Shown here piece by piece: positions 21,947 through 30,906 of a stretch of DNA of 64,000 nucleotides. Source of the DNA: Alphaproteobacteria bacterium (GTDB taxonomy: Bacteria > Pseudomonadota > Alphaproteobacteria > SP197); assembly GCA_964291265.2 (NCBI GenBank), contig OZ219747.1:3168001-3232000 (forward strand), written 5' to 3'. Each line of letters opens with the position of its first letter. The first letter of the stretch is position 1. A program made the position numbers and the translations under genes. The notes under the pieces were generated by a model that was not told the DNA's origin, ran no database searches, and was given only the letters and a program-made list of their open reading frames with translations.

Positions 21947-22692
21947 ACGCCACTGAGCTGACGCCCGGCCGCATCGCCGATTCCCTTCGCTTCTACGCGC
22001 TTCTTTCACGCATCTCAGAGCGAACCGGTGGATATAGATATCTCGCGACCTGCGACGGGCGCATGGAGTGGCCTCGCCGCGGCGTGTACTTCTTCTTCGA
22101 GCCAGACGAGCCCCGAATCGATCCTGGCCTTGGTCTACGTGTGGTACGGATCGGCACCCATGCGCTGAAGCCGGCGTCCCGAACGTCGTTATGGAATCGA
22201 CTCTCGCAGCATCGGGGCAGCTCACGATCCGGCATGGGCAATCACCGTGGGTCGATATTTCGGCTGATCGTTGGCGCGGCGCTCGCGCGCCGTGCCGTTA
22301 CATCGTTACCGTCGAGTTGGGGAGTCGGCTCGGACACAAGCGCCGCCGCTCGTAAGCTCGGCTTGGACCGCTCGACCGTGCAGTGCGAAGAGGCCGATCT
22401 CGAGCGGCGGGTCAGCGAGTATATTGGCCAAATGCCGTTCCTGTGGCTCGGCGTCGACGACCCGCCGGGCCCGGCCAGCCTGCGCGGTGTGATCGAGCGA
22501 AACACCATCGCTTTGCTCAGCCACGCCCAAACTCCTGCCGTTGATACCCCGTCAGACCGGTGGCTCGGCGGGTTCAGTGATCGAGAGATGGTGCGCGCAT
22601 CCGGACTGTGGAACAATCATCACGTCGCAGAACCACACGATCCTTCATTTCTCGACGAGATGGACACGCTCGTAGCCCGCTTCTGCGAGTGA
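21943..22692 (+). CDS. Putative GIY-YIG-like nuclease
   Basis: RGVYFFF..RVVRIGTH..LWNRLSQH and a later IERNTI Glu; GTGA overlap with upstream gene. Confidence 0.6.
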   Translation: MNATELTPGRIADSLRFYALLSRISERTGGYRYLATCDGRMEWPRRGVYFFFEPDEPRIDPGLGLRVVRIGTHALKPASRTSLWNRLSQHRGSSRSGMGNHRGSIFRLIVGAALARRAVTSLPSSWGVGSDTSAAARKLGLDRSTVQCEEADLERRVSEYIGQMPFLWLGVDDPPGPASLRGVIERNTIALLSHAQTPAVDTPSDRWLGGFSDREMVRASGLWNNHHVAEPHDPSFLDEMDTLVARFCE

Positions 22693-22799
22693 ATTCCAGC
22701 GCTGCAATTCGCAGGCCTCGACTACCTGCCCGGTTACGTGCTCCGCTGCGTGAGCAGTACAGAGTCCGGGATCCATCTCCATCGAATTCTGCTTCGGTT

Positions 22800-23865
22800 C
22801 TCACGCCTTATCCGGGTCGGGCTGGAGTTTGCGGCCTTTGCCTTGCGCCTCGTCCCGGGTTCCGGCGGGCCCGCTCCGGCATTGCCTCAGGGTCTCGTGG
22901 AGCGTCTTCGCATCGTCCGTGACCAGTTCGACTCTGTGGCGCGCGGGCGGCTGATCTCGACGTAGAAGCTCTTCTGCGTCGACAGTTTCGGGGGTTTCGC
23001 CTCCATCACCGCGATCACCTTGTCGACGGTGCGCCCCTGAAAGGGATGCACGGTCGAGGCCCAAGCATGGCCGAGATGGCGCAACTGCGGGTCACTCTTG
23101 CCGAATTCGAGCATCCGGCCGTCGCCGAGCCGGAAGGCGACAACTTCGTCCGGCGAATAGTTCACCGCGACCGCTTTCTCGGCACTCGCATGGCCATGGT
23201 AGACCAGCCGCTCGGCCTGAAGACGAGGCTGCGCATGACGCCGTCGCGGGCGAGGCGTTGAGCGGATGTGGCCGTTGATCCCGATGCGGAGCGCATGGCT
23301 CGGCGTCACCGGCCCGGTGTTCTCGCGTTCGTGGGCGGAGAGCTTCAACAACCAGGGCGCGGCGGCCGCGCCAGCGAGGTTATCGGGTTTGACCTCCGCC
23401 CCCGGTCGCCGAGCTTTCCGAAGACCCTGCAGACCTCGTCGGCGAGGCTCGCCCGCACTGCCTCTTGCAGGTTGGTGTCCTCCTGGCGCAGAATCTCGTC
23501 CCTTGCCGCCGTTTTCATGCCGGCGGCCTGGAGCTGGGCGAAGGACTTATCGGCATCCACCGCGTCAAGCTGCTTCTCAACAGCCCACCGGCACCACGCG
23601 GGGTATGCGGATGGCGGCGGCGATCCGGAGCAGGTCGCGGGTCTGGACGGTCGAGGCAAGCGAGCCCTCGTCGACCCCCAGCATGGTCTTGCGGAACGCC
23701 GCGCGCATTTCCCTGGCGCCCTTCCGGGTCAGCCGGCCCTCGGCGACGCCGGCATTGCGGGCGAGGAAGCGCCGCAGGGTCTCGGTCTCGATCCAGGCTT
23801 CAGGCCGCCGACACGAGAGCCGCCCTTCGCGGCAAGCTGCCGGTCGAGGTTGAGCACCCATGGCT
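22800..23865 (-). pseudogene. TrwC/TraI (MOBF) relaxase-helicase C-terminal remnant
   Basis: Fragments in several frames: VDEGSLAST..DLLRIA, KQLDAVDA..FAQLQAAGMKTA..DEILRQ, HAWASTVHPFQGRTVDKVIAVM..QKSFYVEISR. Confidence 0.8.
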
Positions 23866-24134
23866 ATGCCGAGCGGAACGACGATCAGGCAGGCCGTGAA
23901 AGGGGGGCGAAGATGCGGAAACAGCTCTCGAGAACGTCGGCGATGTAGTTTTTTTCCACGATCAGGGTGATGAGGGCGCCAAAGATCTCCTGGGGCGCCG
24001 GGAGGAATCGCTGACTCTCTTCAGGGATGATGTGGTGACCGCGTGAGCGCCTTCAGGCAGATTGATGATGCGTTGATCGGGCAATTTAGTGGACATGAGC
24101 TTTCGCGCTGCGCTTGGTTTGCGGTTCTTGAAGG

Positions 24135-24998
24135 CTACTTGGAAGGGAAGGCTGGTGTTCGTGCCTTGAGGACGTCGTTCCAGTCTTTGTGTCCGTCTGG
24201 GGGTCTCATGCGGAGAGCTCTTGGGTCTTGGCTGACGAGGCGCTCGGCGGCCTGTTCTCCGACGGGATCGGCGTCGAAGGCGACGAGGATGCGCTTTGGC
24301 GTCCAGGCTTCGGCCCATGTTGGGAGACGGTAGGCGATGCCGGCGGTTGACAGGATCACGGTAGCGGATTGCCGACATTCCTTGAGGCACCATGCGGAGA
24401 GGGCGTCGATGGCGCTTTCGGTGATGATGATGGTGCGTGGCATGGAGCGGTCCACGGGGATCCAGAAGCTGCCGGCGGCCTTGCGTGATCCACGCGCCAT
24501 GGCTCTGTACTGCTTTCCGTCTGCGTTGGGGACGGTACCGACGATCTCGGCGCCGGAGAGGTCTCTTTGTGCGTTGGTGCATGTGAAGACGGCGTTTCTG
24601 CGTTCGTCGGCGGCGACGAGGCCGTGCTGTCGGCAAGCGTCCAGGCAACGGTCTGGCAGGCGGCGTTCATGGGCGAGGTAGTGGCGTACGACGTGCCAGG
24701 CTTCCTCGCAGTGCGTTGGTGTTCTCGGCCCCTTGCCGCCGGAGCGTGCGGTGAGGAGTGCGACGGCGTCGTTGAAGCTGCAGCGGTGTGCATGCATGAC
24801 GAGATCGATGGCGCCGCCACCGCCGGACTGGGTGATGTGGTCGAACCAGCGTTGTTGGTTGACGCTGATGACGGATCCGTGGCGCTTGAAGCGTCGCGGG
24901 TCGCGCGGGTCTCTTCGGTAGCCGAGCCGCAGGGCGAGTGGTTCGAGGGGCTGGTTGCGGATGTCATCGAGATGCTGATTGTCCCAGGACCGGATCAT
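24135..24998 (-). CDS. DUF3991/toprim-domain primase-like protein
   Basis: From ATG 24998: WFDH..GGGGAIDLVMH..FNDAV, ITESAIDALS, VAFDADPVGE, HKDWND. Confidence 0.85.
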   Translation of the reverse strand: MIRSWDNQHLDDIRNQPLEPLALRLGYRRDPRDPRRFKRHGSVISVNQQRWFDHITQSGGGGAIDLVMHAHRCSFNDAVALLTARSGGKGPRTPTHCEEAWHVVRHYLAHERRLPDRCLDACRQHGLVAADERRNAVFTCTNAQRDLSGAEIVGTVPNADGKQYRAMARGSRKAAGSFWIPVDRSMPRTIIITESAIDALSAWCLKECRQSATVILSTAGIAYRLPTWAEAWTPKRILVAFDADPVGEQAAERLVSQDPRALRMRPPDGHKDWNDVLKARTPAFPSK

Positions 24999-25033
24999 GG
25001 TCTGTCGAGCCTCCTGCGTGGTGGACGGGGGGT

Positions 25034-25098
25034 GGTTCCCGTTGGCGGTTCCCACCTGAACTCCCAGGGTGAACGGGAACCGGGAACCGGGAACCGCC
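25034..25098. repeat. GGGAACC heptamer cluster (iteron-like): 2 inverted plus 3 tandem copies
   Basis: ggttccc at 25034 and 25047; gggaacc at 25075, 25082, 25089; 10-bp IR ggcggttccc/gggaaccgcc. Confidence 0.8.
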
Positions 25099-25132
25099 TG
25101 GCGTCGGGGCGTTTTGCGCCTGGTTGTTGCGG

Positions 25133-26080
25133 TCAGGCTTTGGCGACGCGATAGGCACCGGGACCGTCCTGCGCGACACGTCCTTCCTGGACGAGCTTGG
25201 CCAGAAGCGTGGCGACGGTCGTGTTCCGTGTTGGGACGCGGTCCCGGACCTGGCGCAGCGAGAGCGGGGCATCGGCGTCGGCGAGGACCTGGACGATGCG
25301 CTGTTCGGGGGTTGGCGGCTGCGGCCTGGCGCCGTCTGGTTCCTGTTGCCGCAGCTGCAGGGCGGCTCCGTTGCCGCTGTCGGTGAGTTCGATGTCGAGA
25401 TCGGCGAGTCCGGGTGCGGCGCGGTGTTCGACGGTCATGAGGATGGTTTCGTGGCGGCGCCGCAGGTAGAGGTTGCTGTCGCCCCATGCGTGCAGCTCGC
25501 TGCTTCCGCGCAAGGCCTGTCCGGGCCGGCTGGCGGCGCTCTTGCGTGCGTGGTGGACGAGCAGCACGGCGGCGCCGGAGTGTCGCTGCACGTCGCGCAG
25601 GAAGCCGAGGATCGGCGCGATCTCGGCGACGGCGTTTTCGTCGACGCCGTGCAGGCGGACGAGGGGGTCGAGGATGAGCAGGCGGGAGCCGTGACGCTCG
25701 ACGGTCTCGAGCAGGCTCTGGCGGTCGGTTGGGTGGTCGAGGCGCAGTGCGGGGACGTCGATGACGGCGATGTCGAGGGTGTCGAAGTCGGCGCCGGCTG
25801 CGGCGGCGATGCCCTGGAGGCGGCGTCGCACGATGTGGCCGGCGTCCTCGGCGGCGAACATGAGCACCGGTCCGGGGTGCACGGCCGGGAAGCGGCGCAG
25901 ACAGGGGACGCCGGCGGCGACGGCGACGGCGAGATCGAGGGCGAGGAAGGACTTTCCGCACTTGGGTTCGCCGCCGATGATGCCGACGGCCTCGCGGCCC
26001 CACAGGCCGTCGACGAGCCACTGCCCCTCGGTTGGCCGGTCCTCGAGTTCGGCCGGGCTGCGGGTTGGCAGGCCGATCAT
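25133..26080 (-). CDS. RepA-like AAA (RecA-fold) helicase with C-terminal winged helix
   Basis: WLVDGLW, GEPKCGKS Walker A, AAED, LILDPL, LVHHARK, LRGSS; C-terminal wHTH-like segment. Confidence 0.85.
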   Translation of the reverse strand: MIGLPTRSPAELEDRPTEGQWLVDGLWGREAVGIIGGEPKCGKSFLALDLAVAVAAGVPCLRRFPAVHPGPVLMFAAEDAGHIVRRRLQGIAAAAGADFDTLDIAVIDVPALRLDHPTDRQSLLETVERHGSRLLILDPLVRLHGVDENAVAEIAPILGFLRDVQRHSGAAVLLVHHARKSAASRPGQALRGSSELHAWGDSNLYLRRRHETILMTVEHRAAPGLADLDIELTDSGNGAALQLRQQEPDGARPQPPTPEQRIVQVLADADAPLSLRQVRDRVPTRNTTVATLLAKLVQEGRVAQDGPGAYRVAKA

Positions 26081-26907
26081 CGTGTGCGCCTCGGCGGGAT
26101 GGGTTCGCCCCAGGTTTCGAGGAAGAGCTTTTCGTCGAGCACCTCGCGGTCGGTGTCGAGGGCGACAGCGAGGAGGTTGTCGGCGAGGATGGTCAGGGAG
26201 CGCGGATTGCCGTCTGCATGGACGACGAGGGTCTCCTTGAGGCCGGGGGTCATGAGGCCTGGATTGCCGGCGGCGTCGAGCAGGTGGTCGAGCAGGCGGA
26301 GCAGTTCGTCGGGTTCGCAGCGCGTCATGACGAGGCGTTGACGGACCCGCGAGGCGACGGCTTGCAGGTCGGGGCTGTGCAGCTTGGCGAGCAGGCGGCT
26401 GTCGCCGGCCAGGACGACGCTGAGGATGGCGCGCGAGTCGAACTCCGTGGAGGCGAGCAGGCGCAGTTCGGTGAGCACGGCCTGCGGCATCTCCTGGGCC
26501 TCGTCGACGAGCAGGACCGGGCGCATGCGGGTGTCCTCGAGATGGGTGAGCCAGCACTCGCGCAAGGCCTTGAAGCCGGCCCAGAGGTTCCGGCGCAGGG
26601 TCGTGATGCCGAAGAGGTCGGTCATCTCGCGGTAGAAGTCTGCGGTGCTCGACGAGGGATGGGCGAGAAGGGCGACGTCGAGGCCCTCCGCGGTCTCGAG
26701 ACGCTCGTCGAGCAGGCGCAGGGCGACGCTCTTGCCGGTGCCATGCTCGCCGGCCACCACGGCGAAGCCGCCCTGGCGCACGAGCTGACGCTCGATCCTG
26801 CGGCAGAAGCTGTCGATCGCGGGCGTTGCGAGAAGGCCCTCGACCGGCAGGTCGGCGGCGAAGGGGTTCCACTTGAGGCCGTAATGGGTGAGGTGTTGGC
26901 GGTTCAT
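26077..26907 (-). CDS. ExeA-family AAA+ ATPase (TnsC/MuB-like transposition helper)
   Basis: YGLKWNPF, GEHGTGKS, LLVDEAQEM, VLAG, GNPR. Confidence 0.88.
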   Translation of the reverse strand: MNRQHLTHYGLKWNPFAADLPVEGLLATPAIDSFCRRIERQLVRQGGFAVVAGEHGTGKSVALRLLDERLETAEGLDVALLAHPSSSTADFYREMTDLFGITTLRRNLWAGFKALRECWLTHLEDTRMRPVLLVDEAQEMPQAVLTELRLLASTEFDSRAILSVVLAGDSRLLAKLHSPDLQAVASRVRQRLVMTRCEPDELLRLLDHLLDAAGNPGLMTPGLKETLVVHADGNPRSLTILADNLLAVALDTDREVLDEKLFLETWGEPIPPRRTR

Positions 26908-28421
26908 GACATGTCTCCCTGATCGTTGTTGTCCTTGCCTTCGTCGTCCGGGCCGGCATCCTTGCCGAAGGGCAACCATGCCGGGGGCAGGCCGGTGGCG
27001 TCCTGCTCGTCGCGCAGGCGCTTGAGCAGCGGCGCCGGCCCGGTCTGTGGCTTCACCTCGTCGTCTTCTCTCCGGCGCCCGGTCCGGCGGCGGAGCCCCT
27101 CGGCGTTGCGAGACTTGTCCACCGGACGCAGGGTCGAGATGCGGTCCCCGGTGCGGCCGTCGACCATGTCGATGCCGGAGAGGTCCCAGCGGGCGACGCG
27201 CAGGTCGATCTCGCGCAGGTGGCGCCACGGCGCCGGCAGTTGATAGCGGACACTCGCCACCGTCACCGTGGCGTCGGAGCGTCGCACCTTGCGACGCACC
27301 TTGATGCGGAAGGCGGCCCGGAGTTCGCTGCTGTCCGGGCATGTCCGCGAGGCGTCCTCGCTGTCGATCACGCGCCTGAGCGGCGTGACCCCCGTCTCGC
27401 GGTGTACGCGGCGGTGATACTCGCGCTCGACCCAGATGACGGTGGCGTCGTTCAGGTCCTGCAGGGTCAGGGTCTCGACGTTCTCGAGCATCGCCATCAG
27501 GCGGCCCTCGACCTGGGCGAACAGCACCTCCTGCTTGCCGTTCTGGTACGGGCTGCGGACAAGCGTGTGGTGGTGCAGCACGCCGAGGGCGTGCAGTCCC
27601 TCCTGCACCTCCCCGGCCGTCATCGCCGATCCGTTGTCGGTCAGAAGGGACCGCGGCAGCCCTCGCTTCATGAAGGCCTGGCTGATGCCGTGAACGAAGA
27701 TCTCCGTGGTCTCCCCGAGATACCACTGCATGTGGCAGACGAGACGCGAATGGTCGTCGATGAAGCTGAGCAGGATCGGCGTCCTCCACTCCCCGGACGG
27801 CGTCAGCACGCGACAGGTCCGCGCATGGTGGAAGTCGGCGTGCCACAGGGCATGGCTGCGCGAGACCTCGTAGCTCAGCACCTCGCGCCCCTCGACCGCA
27901 GGCCGCTCCGCTTCACCACCGAACTTCCGCTGCCGCCGCCGCCGCTCCAGGCCCGCCGAACGCATGACCCGGGTCAGCGTCGCATAGGACGGCATCGGCC
28001 CGAGCGAAGGGTCGGCCTCGACCAGCGCGCAAAGGTTGTCGTGGTGGAGCTGAACCGACCACGTGGGGTGCGCCCTGTACTGGTCGCGCAAGGCCGCCAT
28101 CAGCAGGGGTGAGACGCTCCGCGCACGACCGGCGTCGCAGCGCACCCGACGGCGCAGCGCCCGCACCGGATCCCGGTCGGCCGACCGCGCCTTGTAGTAC
28201 CAGCGCTCGATCGTCGACACCGAGAAGCGGATCGTGCCGCCCCTGACGGGATGCTCCCAGTCCCGCCGCGACAGCCGTTGAAGCTCGGCCCGCAGACCCC
28301 CCTTCGGCGGCGGCGACGCCAGCAGCGGGCCAACCACCGCAAAGCGCAGCCGCGTCCAGGCGTCCCCGGCGTCCGCTTCGTCCTTCGTCACCACGACGGC
28401 CTTCCTCCCTCGTCGTCCCAT
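26904..28421 (-). CDS. DDE-type integrase/transposase (rve core, Mu-like C-terminus)
   Basis: N-terminal HTH (STIERW), LWHADFH, IDDHSR, TDNGSAM, PYQNGKQE, RKVRRSDATVTV. Confidence 0.9.
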   Translation of the reverse strand: MGRRGRKAVVVTKDEADAGDAWTRLRFAVVGPLLASPPPKGGLRAELQRLSRRDWEHPVRGGTIRFSVSTIERWYYKARSADRDPVRALRRRVRCDAGRARSVSPLLMAALRDQYRAHPTWSVQLHHDNLCALVEADPSLGPMPSYATLTRVMRSAGLERRRRQRKFGGEAERPAVEGREVLSYEVSRSHALWHADFHHARTCRVLTPSGEWRTPILLSFIDDHSRLVCHMQWYLGETTEIFVHGISQAFMKRGLPRSLLTDNGSAMTAGEVQEGLHALGVLHHHTLVRSPYQNGKQEVLFAQVEGRLMAMLENVETLTLQDLNDATVIWVEREYHRRVHRETGVTPLRRVIDSEDASRTCPDSSELRAAFRIKVRRKVRRSDATVTVASVRYQLPAPWRHLREIDLRVARWDLSGIDMVDGRTGDRISTLRPVDKSRNAEGLRRRTGRRREDDEVKPQTGPAPLLKRLRDEQDATGLPPAWLPFGKDAGPDDEGKDNNDQGDMS

Positions 28422-28443
28422 GGGAGGAAGGCCCTATACGGTC

Positions 28444-29058
28444 CTATGTCATCGCACTACAGGCACTCTCTGCGGGCGGCGACAGACCCTCGACGATCCT
28501 GCAGAAGCCGGTCCACGGCATGAGCCAGACCAGGCTCCGCAGAAGGCGCGATCGAAACGATCCGCCGCGCATCAAGCGCACCAGGGCCACAAGCGGAGGC
28601 TCGTCCGCCTCCACCGCCAGATCGCCACGTTTCCAGCGCCACGCCGCCGTCGCCGGGAACCTCTCCCGCCACCATCGACGCCACCGGCCAAGCGTCCTCT
28701 CCGGGATGCCAGACATGCGGCTCGCCTTCGCCAGGGGAACACTGCCGCACAGAACCAGGAGGCTCGCAGCCAGGTACACCGGCGCCGCACGGAACCTCCG
28801 GCCGAAGAAGCGCACCGAGGGCGGAGTCGTCCGGCTCCTGCACTCAGCACAGCAGAAGCTGAAGCGGCGGTTGTCGCCGCGAAGAGCAGGCGCAAGCGCG
28901 TGCGGCTTGCGCGGATACCGCGCACTGTGAAGGCGACCGCCGCAATGCGGGCATCCCTCCAGGCGGCAGCGCTCCGCCTCGGCCGCATCAATCCTCTCAA
29001 GGAGAGGCCAGACATGAGCGCAGGAAAGTATGGGACCCGGGAAGGAAACGTGCGACAT
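28444..29058 (-). CDS. Zn-finger/HTH protein (DUF6431-like) of DDE-ExeA elements
   Basis: CPHCGGRLH..YPRKP, FSFCCAECRSRTTPPSVRF, RTLGRWRRWW. Confidence 0.7.
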   Translation of the reverse strand: MSHVSFPGPILSCAHVWPLLERIDAAEAERCRLEGCPHCGGRLHSARYPRKPHALAPALRGDNRRFSFCCAECRSRTTPPSVRFFGRRFRAAPVYLAASLLVLCGSVPLAKASRMSGIPERTLGRWRRWWRERFPATAAWRWKRGDLAVEADEPPLVALVRLMRGGSFRSRLLRSLVWLMPWTGFCRIVEGLSPPAESACSAMT

Positions 29059-29095
29059 TGACTGGCCTCCGGTGATCTCACCGTCACGGAGACAA

Positions 29096-29132
29096 GCCCC
29101 TCGGCCGACTTCTTGCAAGTCGGTCGAGGGGC
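29096..29132. other. 16-bp stem hairpin upstream of the element's first gene
   Basis: gcccctcggccgactt-cttgc-aagtcggtcgaggggc, one G-T pair. Confidence 0.75.
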
Positions 29133-29526
29133 AAACACACCAGACCAGCAGACAATTCAAGCAGAAACGACGGAATCCACGTCAAAAATCGCGCAAACGC
29201 TTACCGCGTTCCTCGATGATGAAGGTTCCGGTTGCTCCAGCGAGACCGGGGACGAGGGCGGTTCTGTCCAATGGCACGGTGCGCGATTCGAAGAGCGATG
29301 CACTGCGCCTGGCGATCCGATTCATATCCTTGCCTCGGCGCTTTCGTAGTCTGACCACGCCGGATTCCGATCGTCCGGGCCCTTGCCACTCATGGATGGA
29401 ACCTCTCCACGGCGGTGACGATATCAACGGTCGCACATGCCGATCAAGGAGCCGCGGCGACACCTTGAATTGAGAGGGTCGATATGCGGAAATGGCCTCT
29501 CTGCAACCGAATCCGGGAGAGACCCG

Positions 29527-30408
29527 GTGATCAGACAGTTCGACTACCTGCGCCCCGACAGCATTGATGCGGCAATCGCCATGAAGGTCCGTCACGGGGA
29601 GCGCGCCCGCTACTGGGCCGGTGGTACGGACCTGATGCTGCAGTGGCGTCGAGGTGAGGTGGTGATCGAACACTGCATCGATCTGACACACCTCACCGGG
29701 CTTGACGGCATCGAAGCGGTGTCTGGAGAAATCAGGATCGGGGCGATGGCCACCCTCGACGATCTCCACAGTGCCGCCTTCATGCATCCTGTCATGAAGG
29801 CACTTGGTGACACCGCTCGGCTGATGTGCACGAAACAGACCCGCACCCTTGCCACGGTTGGCGGCAACATGTGCAATGCCTCGCCGGGAGCGGATCTTTC
29901 ACCGCTCTTCGTGGCGCTTGAAGCCCGCTGTCTGATTCGGGGGCCGAAGGGGCGGCGCGAAGTTTCGATGGAGGATTTCCTCACCGGTGTGAACAGGACT
30001 GATCTCGGTGAGGAAGAGTTGCTGTGCGCCATTGTCGTGCCGGTACCGCAGGGGGAGCGCGAAGCAAGCTATCGCAGAGTTGCCCGCACGGTGGTCGACA
30101 TTGCCCTGGTGAGCGCGGCAGTGTCGTTGACCGCCGATGGCGGCGCCATCACGGACGCGCGCATTGCACTGGGTTCCGTGGCGCCGGTTCCGGTTCGCGT
30201 GACGGAAGGTGAGAAGGTTCTTTCCGGCAGGCTTCTGGATGACATTGACGCGGCTCGCCTCGAAGAAGCTGCCGATCATGCCGCGACGGTCGCGCGACCG
30301 ATTTCGGATATTCGTGCCGGTGCCGGCTACCGTACGCGGATGTGCCCGGTGCTCGTCCGTCGTGCCCTTGCTGATGCACTGGGGCGGCTCGGAGGAGACG
30401 AAGGATGA
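29527..30408 (+). CDS. Xanthine dehydrogenase family FAD-binding subunit (CoxM/XdhB-like)
   Basis: AGGTDL, ATVGGNMCNASP, PISDIRA; GTG start. Confidence 0.9.
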   Translation: MIRQFDYLRPDSIDAAIAMKVRHGERARYWAGGTDLMLQWRRGEVVIEHCIDLTHLTGLDGIEAVSGEIRIGAMATLDDLHSAAFMHPVMKALGDTARLMCTKQTRTLATVGGNMCNASPGADLSPLFVALEARCLIRGPKGRREVSMEDFLTGVNRTDLGEEELLCAIVVPVPQGEREASYRRVARTVVDIALVSAAVSLTADGGAITDARIALGSVAPVPVRVTEGEKVLSGRLLDDIDAARLEEAADHAATVARPISDIRAGAGYRTRMCPVLVRRALADALGRLGGDEG

Positions 30409-30872
30409 TTCGCATGACCGTCAACGGCCGGGCCTTCGATCTCGATGCGAGACCGCACGAGCGCCTTTGTGATCTCCTGAGACGGGCCCTGGGACTCCAT
30501 GGAGTGCGTGTATCGTGCAGCGAAGGAGAATGCGGTTCCTGCACGGTGATCATGGATGGCGAACCCGTCACGTCCTGCCTTGTCCTCGCCATGCAGGCGG
30601 AAGGCCGCGAGATCGTGACTATCGAGGGGCTTGGCAACGAGGATGACCTCCACCCGATCCAAGAGGCGTTCATCGAGGAACAGGGGTTCCAGTGTGCATT
30701 CTGCACACCGGGTTTCATCATGGCGGCGAAAGCCTTCCTTGACGAAAACTCCGATCCGACGGAAGCAGAGGCCGCCATGGCCATGAGCGGAAACATCTGC
30801 CGCTGCGGCGCTTATCCTTACATCGTGAAGTCCGTTATGAATGCGGCGGCGCGGCTGAGGGAAGGGGAGTAG
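30405..30872 (+). CDS. (2Fe-2S) subunit (CoxS/XdhC-like)
   Basis: CSEGECGSC, QCAFCTPG, GNICRC. Confidence 0.93.
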   Translation: MIRMTVNGRAFDLDARPHERLCDLLRRALGLHGVRVSCSEGECGSCTVIMDGEPVTSCLVLAMQAEGREIVTIEGLGNEDDLHPIQEAFIEEQGFQCAFCTPGFIMAAKAFLDENSDPTEAEAAMAMSGNICRCGAYPYIVKSVMNAAARLREGE

Positions 30873-30906
30873 GGTTCGAACACCGGTTGACCAAGGGAGA
30901 AGAACG

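Larger units (their letters stand above)
24135..29132 (-). mobile_element. Five-gene DDE/ExeA element with helicase and primase genes (boundaries approximate)
   Basis: Five co-oriented genes, two ATGA overlaps, visibly higher GC than flanks; termini not identified. Confidence 0.65.

Noticed and set aside
24999-27846. Long Arg/Pro-rich N-terminal extensions of ORFs 24135..26021, 25133..26959 and 26077..27846
   Set aside because: They overlap real upstream genes in other frames of very GC-rich DNA; true starts are 24998, 26080 and 26907.
23944-28461. TGTAGT/ACTACA as terminal inverted repeats of the DDE element, and tcaggg(a)tgatg repeats at 23962 and 24021
   Set aside because: Only a 6-bp match, the right copy lies inside the Zn-finger gene, no TSD, and no inverted counterparts found near 29.1-29.5 kb.
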